DNA of 64,000 bases, taken from the NCBI GenBank assembly GCA_028821265.1, contig JAPPGU010000008.1, positions 108,716 to 172,715 on the forward strand. Reading direction: 5' to 3'. Every line of letters starts with the position of its first letter. The stretch's first letter is position 1. Shown one piece after another: positions 29,063-36,993 of the stretch. The position numbers and the translations under genes are program-made. The notes under the pieces are model-generated. The model searched no databases, had not been told where the DNA came from, and saw only the letters and a list, made by a program, of their open reading frames with translations. The stretch comes from a bacterium. Its GTDB lineage: Bacteria; Actinomycetota; Acidimicrobiia; Spongiisociales; Spongiisociaceae.

Positions 29063-30112
29063 TCAGGCGGGTGACTCTTCGGCAAGAGTCAGCACCCGGC
29101 GCGGGTTCTCGATCAGAATCTTGTTGATGATGTCGCGGGGTACGCCATCCCTGCTCAGCGTGGGGATGATCACGTTCATGATGTGGTCGTAGCCGGGCCC
29201 TCCGAAGCTGGACAGCCGCGCCTTGAGCCCGATGTCATGGGAGAACAGCAACTGGTCTTCGTGACCCTCGGAGATCATCCACTCGACGGCTCCGACCCGA
29301 TCGGCGTCGGAGACGTAAACCCCTTCGGTCGGGCATGGGTGCCCGAAGCCATCGAGTTCGAAGAAAGTGCCGTACTCGGCAACCCGCTTCATGTAGCTGC
29401 GGTCGCCGGTGGTCAGGTCCATGTGGCCGGCGATGACCCTGGTGGGATGCACCCCCATCTCCTTGACCAGCAGGTCCAGGATGTCGGGCATCAGCCTCTG
29501 CTCATGCAAGGCGTGGATCTGGATCGCGGCGCCCGTAGCGTGGTGGGTGATGGCGGCGGCTCTCAAGGCCTTCCACTCGGAGGGAGCGACCGGATCTGAC
29601 GTCCCGATCTCCCCGATCAGCCCGCAGCGGATCTCGGTGCCGTCCGCACCCTCGGTGATGTCCCGGATCATGCCCTCCGCCATCTCGTGCTCCGTCATCG
29701 ACTCGACGTACCAGGGCTGGGCGTGGTGGACGTAGTACCCGGTACCCGAGATGATGTTGACCCCGACATCGTCGGCGATCTTGCGCAACCCCCACACGTC
29801 CCTGCCGAGACCGAGGTCCGAGGAGTCCACGACGGTTCCGCCCAGCGCCATCTTGAAACGCCTCACCTCCATGGCGGTGAGGTACCAGTCGGTGTTGATC
29901 AGGTTGTCCCGGTTGTGGTAGGGGAACTCCCTGAGCAGGGCCGCGTTCTGGGCGGTCACCGGCATGTACGCGTCCGATCCCAGGCCGCGATGGCTCTCCT
30001 CCAGGAACCACATCAGGCACGTGAACAGCAGATGCTCGTGCATGAGGGTGATGCCGAGCCGGTCGGGCTCGACGGGGCCGTTGACGGTGATCACCTTGCC
30101 CTGATCCTTCAC
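29063..30112 (-). CDS. Phosphotriesterase-family protein #3 (close paralog of #1)
   Basis: GTG at 30112 with GGGAGG RBS; long identical stretches with 940-1986 (HEHLLFTCLMWFLE, ITHHATGAAIQIHALHEQRLMP, HDIGLKARLSSFGGPG). Confidence 0.92.
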   Translation of the reverse strand: MKDQGKVITVNGPVEPDRLGITLMHEHLLFTCLMWFLEESHRGLGSDAYMPVTAQNAALLREFPYHNRDNLINTDWYLTAMEVRRFKMALGGTVVDSSDLGLGRDVWGLRKIADDVGVNIISGTGYYVHHAQPWYVESMTEHEMAEGMIRDITEGADGTEIRCGLIGEIGTSDPVAPSEWKALRAAAITHHATGAAIQIHALHEQRLMPDILDLLVKEMGVHPTRVIAGHMDLTTGDRSYMKRVAEYGTFFELDGFGHPCPTEGVYVSDADRVGAVEWMISEGHEDQLLFSHDIGLKARLSSFGGPGYDHIMNVIIPTLSRDGVPRDIINKILIENPRRVLTLAEESPA

Positions 30113-30248
30113 GGCAACCTCCCTCGCCACGGTCCTGCCGGCACCAGACGACAATCGACGGTCTGCTTGTCGAATACAGGATCCTGCACCCCGGCGGTAC
30201 TCCTCTCCCGTCGGAGCGTACAGCAATCGGGCAGATCGTGGGCTGCGT

Positions 30249-30402
30249 CTACGGCACTCGGGCTACGACCGCTCGGGCTTCGCCGAGGGTTGCGGTCCGG
30301 TCGGGGTCCTTCGCGATGAGGTCTCTCGTCCCGGTGATGCCGTACCCGATCCAAGGAGCCGATGCCCGGCTGCGCCGGGTAGGCGGGCGCAGCCTCCCGC
30401 AT
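30249..30402 (-). pseudogene. Decayed relic of the 3-prime end of a paralog of the 31463-32278 gene
   Basis: Translates REA..PAYPAQPGIGS, then a frameshift, then WIGYG..RDLIAKDPDRTATLGEARAVVARVP*, versus VREAG..PYYLPRPDIGSMWIGY..REFIAKDPYRPVTLSEARAVLAEVLRP*. Confidence 0.8.
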
Positions 30403-30408
30403 CCGGCT

Positions 30409-31107
30409 TCAGCTACTCGGCCTTCCCACCGCCTCCCGGCCGGTGTGGCGCGGCTCCTTCATGCGAATGAAGGCCAACCCGATCAGAAACACCCAGGCGA
30501 CCTGGAGCAGCAGGATGCCGCTTCCGACCTGATACAGGCGGATCACGTCCCCGCCTCCGAGCAATGCGATCAGCAGGAGGCACGCACCAAGGATGCCCGG
30601 TATCACTCCGAGAACGGTGGCCACCGCCCGATCTGGTCCCAACAAGCGAACGTTCACCGATCCCAGTGCGAACATCCCCACGCCGATCATTGTGAACGAG
30701 ATCCCAAAGGAGACCAGGAGGGTGCCCTCTGTGGTGAACAACTCAGAAACCCCGGATGGCTGTTGCTCGCGGTCAAGATGCGTGGTCAAGAAGTGAGAGA
30801 AAGTCCACGAGATGGCCTCCGACACCAACCCCAGCACCAGTACCACCAGCCCCGCTTGCCTGAGATAGGCGACGCTCTGCCCGTCTCGGAGTACCCGCTC
30901 CATACCGATCATTCCCAGTAGAAAAGCAACAGAAACGAATATGCCGCCATCCGCTATCAGGTGAGACAATGCGGTATCCAAACCCTCATCGGGTTCCAGC
31001 GCAAGAACAACGAGGATACCAAGTGGGACACTTAGGACGGTCCCAATCACCAGTAACCAACCTACGGCTCTTGTGAAGGTTGGTCGGTCGGTGACCCCTG
31101 CCACCAA
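30409..31107 (-). CDS. Integral membrane protein of unknown function (about six TM helices)
   Basis: Several long hydrophobic segments; visibly more A/T in codons than flanking genes; start TTG 31107 or GTG 31104. Confidence 0.7.
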   Translation of the reverse strand: MVAGVTDRPTFTRAVGWLLVIGTVLSVPLGILVVLALEPDEGLDTALSHLIADGGIFVSVAFLLGMIGMERVLRDGQSVAYLRQAGLVVLVLGLVSEAISWTFSHFLTTHLDREQQPSGVSELFTTEGTLLVSFGISFTMIGVGMFALGSVNVRLLGPDRAVATVLGVIPGILGACLLLIALLGGGDVIRLYQVGSGILLLQVAWVFLIGLAFIRMKEPRHTGREAVGRPSS

Positions 31108-31116
31108 GGCCCCCTT

Positions 31117-31383
31117 TCAGAGACCCGCTTCCCCAGAGTCAACCCACATCTGGAGGCTGCGGTTCAAGACCCCTACCAACTCTGCCGACCGGTAAGTATA
31201 GCAACGGGCCACCGCACGCGCCCTGGCCGATCCGGCTGCGGCGTCCTCGAACCGAGGTTTGGTGGAGTTACACGACCCTGGTGCCTGAACAGGACACCCG
31301 CGATGGCCGCATGGGCACCTTCCGGCTTGGCCATGGCCGGACATCGTGTAGATGGATCCACAACACCCGTAGTAACTGGACAA
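31117..31383 (-). CDS. Possible small Cys-rich protein
   Basis: TTG start 7 nt after GGAGGG, 7 Cys in 88 aa, fills the gap upstream of the membrane gene; may be spurious. Confidence 0.3.
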   Translation of the reverse strand: MSSYYGCCGSIYTMSGHGQAGRCPCGHRGCPVQAPGSCNSTKPRFEDAAAGSARARAVARCYTYRSAELVGVLNRSLQMWVDSGEAGL

Positions 31384-31429
31384 GCCATGTCCCTCCGCAC
31401 AGGTAGGGCGAGTGGTCTCTTCCGACCCC

Positions 31430-31453
31430 CCTCCGCCGAGAGGTAGGCGGAGG
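31430..31453 (-). terminator. Hairpin just after the 31463-32278 gene
   Basis: CCTCCGCC-8 nt-GGCGGAGG, 8-bp stem about 10 nt past the stop. Confidence 0.4.
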
Positions 31454-31462
31454 TCTGCAGCA

Positions 31463-32278
31463 CTAAGGCCTGAGCACCTCCGCGAGCACGGCCCGCGCCT
31501 CGCTGAGCGTTACAGGTCGGTAGGGATCCTTGGCGATGAACTCCCGCAGTTGGGAAATGGTGAAGCCGTCGCCGCCGTAAGCCCGGTCGGCGTCGGTGAG
31601 CTCCTGGGGCTCCAGGACCGCTCCCGGGGTGTGGGTTGCCACGAACTCCATGGACTTGGTGCCCGGCGGGGCGTAACCGATCCACATCGAGCCGATGTCG
31701 GGCCTCGGCAGGTAGTAGGGCTCGACCTCCCCATAACCGGCCTCCCGGACGGCGTCGGAACAGCGTTCGGCCAGGTCATAAGGGTGGATCTCGGTCAGCA
31801 GGAAGTCATGGAAGTGCTCGATGTCCGGATCTCGCATCTTCCCGAGCATCTCCTGCCAGTGTTCCGAGGCGAAGTAGCGGTCGATGGCGTCGTGGTCGGA
31901 GTCGTTGATCCGCCTCGGGGCCACCTCTCCGAGGTAGGACCGCTCGCCGGCGTCGCCGAGCAGGACGGTGCTGCCGTCGGGATCAGGCCCGATGAGTGCG
32001 TCGTCCCCGTACGTCCACATCAGGAAGAAGGAGGGGCGGTCGGCGGTGTAGTACTTGACGAGTCCCCGGTTGCCCACCACGGCGTGGCCCACGTTGACCA
32101 CATCCTTTCCCATGGCGGCCAGGTACCGGTCGAACAGGAACTCCAGGGTCACCGGGTGGACACTCGTGGAGAGCATCACCTCATGGAGGGTCAGGTCGGA
32201 TCGGTGCATCAAGTCGATGTTCTCCGCCCAGTAGTCGGAACGGAAGAAGGTGATCAGCTCCTCGACCGTGGATGTCAT
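31463..32278 (-). CDS. Hypothetical protein with an internal two-fold repeat
   Basis: GC3-rich coding pattern, GAGGAG RBS region, last gene of a long operon; residues about 12-57 align with about 136-181. Confidence 0.8.
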   Translation of the reverse strand: MTSTVEELITFFRSDYWAENIDLMHRSDLTLHEVMLSTSVHPVTLEFLFDRYLAAMGKDVVNVGHAVVGNRGLVKYYTADRPSFFLMWTYGDDALIGPDPDGSTVLLGDAGERSYLGEVAPRRINDSDHDAIDRYFASEHWQEMLGKMRDPDIEHFHDFLLTEIHPYDLAERCSDAVREAGYGEVEPYYLPRPDIGSMWIGYAPPGTKSMEFVATHTPGAVLEPQELTDADRAYGGDGFTISQLREFIAKDPYRPVTLSEARAVLAEVLRP

Positions 32279-32302
32279 CTCAACTGCTCCTCGCGCGCCC
32301 GG

Positions 32303-33520
32303 TCACTGCCCGGACATCAGCCCGTCTAGGACGGCTTGCCCCGGGTTGACGAGTTCCTCCCCGGGAACTCTGCCCGACAATACTTCGGGCCACTTCGGCC
32401 CGGCGCCCGTTATGCAGCAAACCACGAAGTCGCCGGGTTCGATCACTCCCTGGCGCGCCAACTCCCAGGCGCCGGCGAGGGCGGCGGCCGAGGCCAGCTC
32501 GGGGCTCACCCCCACCCTGGCAGCCCGATGGAGGGCCTCGAAGATGGCCGCGTCGGTGACTTCGACCGCGGTCCCGCCCGAGTCGCGGATCGCCTGGAGC
32601 GCGATCCGCCCGCCGGTGTCGTCAGCAATGGAGAGGGCCGCTGTGTCGGGACCAGGATGTACCGGAACGTCGTCCAACCCCTTCTCGATGGCCTCCACGA
32701 TCGGGTTGGCGCCCGCCGCCTGTACCCCGTGCACGCGGGGAAGCGACTCGGTCAGACCGAGGCGGTATAGCTCCTGGAAGCCCTTCCAGGGGCCGTACAG
32801 GCCATCGCCGGCGGCCACGGGGAACAGGTAGTGATCCGGCGCCCGTCCCAGAGACAGCACCGCGTCATAGGCCATGGTCTTGTATCCCTCCACTCCGTAC
32901 GGCGTCGATACGGGCATGGGAGTCATGTAGGTCGAGGGGTACCAGCCGTGTTCTTCTACGAAGGCCTGGAGCGGAGGCTTGCGGTTCATCTCCACGACCA
33001 CGGTCGCCCCGAACAGGCGCATCCAGTCCCTTTGTGTCTTGGGTGCCCGAGGGTCGGCCAGTACCACGCAGCGCATTCCGGCCCGGGCCGCGTAGGCGGC
33101 GGCGCTCATGCCGTGGTTGCCGGTGGTGGAGCACACCACCCCGTCGAAGCCGAGCTGCCGGGCCATGGATATCGAGACCGAATGGAAGCGGTCCTTGAAT
33201 GCGTAGGTGGGGTTGACGGTCTCGTTCTGGAGGTAGAGGAAGGGCAGCGGGTTCCCGCCCGAACGAGGAACCCGGATCATGGGCGTGCCGCCCTCCCCGA
33301 GCGTGATCCTCTCGGCGCCAGCGGGGAGCGGGAGGAGTTCGGCGTAGCGCCACACTGACGCCGACCGCCGGGCCCACCTTTCCAGGGACACGACCGAGCG
33401 GACCGCCGCCTCGTTGTACATCACCTCGAGGGCCTCGCCACATGCCGGGCAGCCCCGGAAATAGGCGCCCAGGTCGTAGTCGACCGCGCACCTGATGCAC
33501 CGCAGGCCTTTTGCGAACAT
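32303..33520 (-). CDS. Threonine-synthase-like PLP enzyme (fold type II)
   Basis: N-terminal CxxC...CxxC, TLGEGGTP, NPTYAFKDR (PLP Lys), STTGNHG, EGYKTMAY. Confidence 0.88.
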   Translation of the reverse strand: MFAKGLRCIRCAVDYDLGAYFRGCPACGEALEVMYNEAAVRSVVSLERWARRSASVWRYAELLPLPAGAERITLGEGGTPMIRVPRSGGNPLPFLYLQNETVNPTYAFKDRFHSVSISMARQLGFDGVVCSTTGNHGMSAAAYAARAGMRCVVLADPRAPKTQRDWMRLFGATVVVEMNRKPPLQAFVEEHGWYPSTYMTPMPVSTPYGVEGYKTMAYDAVLSLGRAPDHYLFPVAAGDGLYGPWKGFQELYRLGLTESLPRVHGVQAAGANPIVEAIEKGLDDVPVHPGPDTAALSIADDTGGRIALQAIRDSGGTAVEVTDAAIFEALHRAARVGVSPELASAAALAGAWELARQGVIEPGDFVVCCITGAGPKWPEVLSGRVPGEELVNPGQAVLDGLMSGQ

Positions 33521-33581
33521 CCTCAGCCCCCGTGACGAACGGCTACGGCGAGGATCGTGGGGCCCGGCGGCAGCGGAAACC

Positions 33582-34538
33582 TCAGCCCGAGGCGGTTGCC
33601 CACGGCTCGACGTTGATCTGGTCGTCCCCCAGGGTGAGCACCGCGTCGGAGGAAAAAGCGTCGATCGGGGTCTCCTGGGTGGAGTACGCGTCCAGCCACG
33701 GAGTCCGGTAGCCGTCCTCCGACCAGAGGACCGGGAAGAAGTTGTCGTCGAAGTCCTGCTGTCCGGGCGCGAAGTAGCGGCTGTAGGCCCGGTGGCGGAT
33801 CCGGGGGTGGTGCCGGGAGCTGGCCGGAATCATATGGATGCTGTAGGACCGCCGGATGTTCCCGGGCCGGGTGTTGGGCCCGCTCCCGTGCCATATCCAG
33901 CCGGTGTGGAAAGCGGCCGACCCGGCCCCGAATACCAGCGACACCAGTTCGACCTCCTCCCCCTCGGGGGCGTACTGCTGGACGTAGTCGGTCCATCCCT
34001 CCATCGTGTCGCGGGCGATCTGGGTGGTGCCGGGCGCCGGCTGCGGACCCCACTTGTGGCTTCCCCGCACGTAAACGAGGGTCCCCCCGTCGGCGTAGGT
34101 GTCGTCGAGCGCGATCCAGCAGGTCCAGTTCCACACCGGATCGACCCAGCACATGAAGGCCGCGTCCTGGTGGATGTCGAAGGGCTTGCCGCCCTCCGGC
34201 TTGTACATGGCGACATCGGCCCAGAGTCGGGCGCTCGACGCCCCCTCCAGCTGGCAGGCCAGCTTGCCGAACGGCCCCCCGAAGGTGTGCTTGGCCACCA
34301 CCGGATCGGCCCGCCACAAGCCGGCCAGCACCCGATGGGCGTCCACGGGGTCCCTTCCCTTCTGCCAGTAGTACTCGTCCGGCCAATTGACCAGGTCATG
34401 CTGCCCGTCGAAGATTCGGTCGTACCTCTCCCGCAGCTCCATCACCGCGTCCATGTCGATCAGGTCCTCCACGATCAGGAACCCGTCCTCGCGATATTGC
34501 TGTATCTGCGCTTCGGTGAACTGCTCGATCACTACCAA
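33582..34538 (-). CDS. PhyH-family Fe(II)/2-oxoglutarate dioxygenase
   Basis: QYREDGFL, HQD, WIALDD, WHGSGPN..R. Confidence 0.9.
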   Translation of the reverse strand: MVVIEQFTEAQIQQYREDGFLIVEDLIDMDAVMELRERYDRIFDGQHDLVNWPDEYYWQKGRDPVDAHRVLAGLWRADPVVAKHTFGGPFGKLACQLEGASSARLWADVAMYKPEGGKPFDIHQDAAFMCWVDPVWNWTCWIALDDTYADGGTLVYVRGSHKWGPQPAPGTTQIARDTMEGWTDYVQQYAPEGEEVELVSLVFGAGSAAFHTGWIWHGSGPNTRPGNIRRSYSIHMIPASSRHHPRIRHRAYSRYFAPGQQDFDDNFFPVLWSEDGYRTPWLDAYSTQETPIDAFSSDAVLTLGDDQINVEPWATASG

Positions 34539-34656
34539 TCCTCCCCGGGACCGCCGCCGCTCGCGACTATACCCAGCCGGGCTGGGCGAAGTACCTGGAA
34601 AACGCCTGGTCTGCTGTGGAGAGCAAATGTACGGCTCTCCGGCTCGGCCGCCAGGT

Positions 34657-35034
34657 TCAGCCGGCCACCTGGAAGATGACCAAGGGATTGTTCTCGGGGT
34701 CGGTCAACTCCACGTAGCGGCCCCACTTCCTGTTCACGAGCTCGCCCACCTCGACGCCGCGAGCGACGAGGCCGTCGCGGGCGGCTTCGAGGTCGTCCAC
34801 GTGGAAGCCGGCTGCGACCGATCCGCCGACGGCCATGGGCAACTCGGTGGGATGGACCGAGCGGTCGAAGATCTCGACTCCGGGCCCGCCGGCGTCGAGG
34901 TAGACGAAGTCCACCCCCTCGTCGTACTCGGGGCCGGGGCTGATCTCGACCACCTTCAACCCGAGGACGTCCCGGTAGAAGGCCAGCATCGCCTCGAAAT
35001 CATCCGCGTAGAGCAGTACCGCTCCCAGATTCAC
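34657..35034 (-). CDS. VOC/glyoxalase family protein
   Basis: FYRDVLGL, FHVDDL, DPENN. Confidence 0.88.
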   Translation of the reverse strand: MNLGAVLLYADDFEAMLAFYRDVLGLKVVEISPGPEYDEGVDFVYLDAGGPGVEIFDRSVHPTELPMAVGGSVAAGFHVDDLEAARDGLVARGVEVGELVNRKWGRYVELTDPENNPLVIFQVAG

Positions 35035-35065
35035 GTCGCCTCCCTTCTCAGCAAGCCATCCTGGT

Positions 35066-36118
35066 TCAGACCGCGAAGATGCGCCGGGGGTTCTTCACCA
35101 GCATGTCGTCGACCTGGTCCTCGGTGACCCCCAGCTCGCGCAGCTGCGGCACGATCTCGTTGAGGATGTAGGCATAGCCCTTGCCGCCGTACTCCACGAA
35201 GTGGATCTTGAGGCAGTTGTCGTGGGCGAGCATGATCTGATTGCTGTAGCCGTCGGCGCACATGCGGGCGAGGGTCTCCACCCGCTCCCGGTCGGAGATC
35301 CAGTGGTCGCCCCCGAACAGCAGGTGGGAGTCGTTCCAAGGAGTCCCCCGGAACAGGTCGTAGTCGATTGAGACGCCCCGGTCCATCACCGACTCGTGAT
35401 ACTCGTAGTCAGGGCAGCTCCCGTCCATATGGCTCATGTAGACCTTGTCGAGGTTGGCGCCCTCCTCCTCCAAGATGTCGATGTAACGGTGAGCCTCCTT
35501 CATGAACACCATCGGATGCACGGTGAGCGGAACCCCGGTGGCCGCCTGGGCCCTACCCCCGGCCCGGAGGACCTTCTCCTCCTGGGGGTGCAGGGGCTCG
35601 CACATGCCCAACTCGCCGATGACGCCCGCCCGAATGTCGGTCCCCTGGATACCCACCTCGATGTCGCTGATCAACATCTCGGCCAACTCTCCCACCGATG
35701 CCGTGGCGTGGCCGGAAGGATGGGACGGAGCGATGTACCAACCGGTCGAGGCGACGACATTGAGCCCGGTGGCGCGGCTGGCCTCCGCCAAGGCGTCCGG
35801 CCACCAGCCCGGTATCTTGCCGCTCACATCGATGATGCTCTTCCCGCCGGCGTCGGCGTACAGCTGCAGCTCCCGGATGGCAACGTCGAGTTCGGTCATG
35901 TTGAGGTTGTCCCGGGAGATGTAGGGCCGCTCGGCCAGTATCTCGTACGCGTCCAGGGTGACGGGCGCCTCCGCCAGGGCCTGGACCTCTGGGGGGTCGT
36001 CGGGGCCGGGCGGCTCCCAGAACAGGTCGCCGCTGTCGATGATGATGTGTTCGTGGCTGAGGGTGACTCCCAGATCCTCCGGCTCTATCTCTCCCAGAAC
36101 GGTCCGGACCTTCGGCAT
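35066..36118 (-). CDS. Phosphotriesterase-family protein #4
   Basis: TVLG, HEH, GELG, VH, SH, AHD, NPRR. Confidence 0.92.
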   Translation of the reverse strand: MPKVRTVLGEIEPEDLGVTLSHEHIIIDSGDLFWEPPGPDDPPEVQALAEAPVTLDAYEILAERPYISRDNLNMTELDVAIRELQLYADAGGKSIIDVSGKIPGWWPDALAEASRATGLNVVASTGWYIAPSHPSGHATASVGELAEMLISDIEVGIQGTDIRAGVIGELGMCEPLHPQEEKVLRAGGRAQAATGVPLTVHPMVFMKEAHRYIDILEEEGANLDKVYMSHMDGSCPDYEYHESVMDRGVSIDYDLFRGTPWNDSHLLFGGDHWISDRERVETLARMCADGYSNQIMLAHDNCLKIHFVEYGGKGYAYILNEIVPQLRELGVTEDQVDDMLVKNPRRIFAV

Positions 36119-36146
36119 CGTTGCCTCCTCTCGCGCTACGGCCGGA

Positions 36147-36929
36147 TCAGAACTGTGCCCCCGCCCGATGGAGCGCGTCGATCAACTCGGCCCGGTGATC
36201 CTGGAACTCGGTGCTGGTGCGGAGCGATTCCTCCCTCGGGTGGGGGAACGGGACATCCGTCAGGTGGAACAACTGGCCCGGTCCGGTGGACATCACGAAG
36301 ACCCGCTCGCTCAGGTACAGGGCCTCCTCGACGTCGTGGGTGACGAACAGCACGGTGGCGCGCGAGTCCTCCCAGATCTTCAGGAACTCAGCCTGCAGAC
36401 GCGTCTTGGTCATGGCGTCCAGGGAGGCGAAGGGCTCGTCCATCAGCAGGACGTCGGGCTCGGCGGCTAGGGCACGGGCCACATCCACGCGCTTTCGCAT
36501 ACCGCCCGACAGCTGGTACGGGTAGGCGTCCTCCCGGCCTGACAGGCCGACCAGGTCGATGAAGCCCTGTGCCTTCTGGCGTCGTTCTCCCTTCTCGACT
36601 CCCTTGACCCGCAGGCCGTACTCGACGTTCTGGGCCACCGTGTACCAGGGGAACACCGCGTCGTCCTGAAAGACCATGCTGCGGTCCGGGCCGGGAGCGG
36701 TCACCTCGATCCCATCCCGGGCGATCGTGCCGCTGGTCGGGACCAGCAGTCCGGCCACCAGGTTGAGCAGGGTCGACTTGCCGCACCCGCTCGGACCGAG
36801 CAATGACACGAAGTCACCCTCGGTGAGTTGGAAGGAGATGTTGTCGAGGACATGCAGGTCGTCGAAGTAGATGGAGAGATCCCGTACGTCCAGCTTGACT
36901 GCGCCGCCGCTGCCCATGTCCATCGTCAT
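36147..36929 (-). CDS. ABC ATPase, NitT/TauT (TauB/SsuB-like)
   Basis: GPSGCGKS, LSGGMRKR, LLMDEPF, VTHD. Confidence 0.95.
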   Translation of the reverse strand: MTMDMGSGGAVKLDVRDLSIYFDDLHVLDNISFQLTEGDFVSLLGPSGCGKSTLLNLVAGLLVPTSGTIARDGIEVTAPGPDRSMVFQDDAVFPWYTVAQNVEYGLRVKGVEKGERRQKAQGFIDLVGLSGREDAYPYQLSGGMRKRVDVARALAAEPDVLLMDEPFASLDAMTKTRLQAEFLKIWEDSRATVLFVTHDVEEALYLSERVFVMSTGPGQLFHLTDVPFPHPREESLRTSTEFQDHRAELIDALHRAGAQF

Positions 36930-36993
36930 CCTTCTCCTCGATAAGCAGGCAACCTACCCCCGTGAGGTCGGTTGGCGCAACAGGCTGCCATGG

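Noticed and set aside
30368-30394. Hairpin GGCTGCGCC...GGCGCAGCC as a mobile-element end
   Set aside because: It is a single stem within the relic coding sequence, with no partner repeat or transposase; at most a terminator for the membrane gene.
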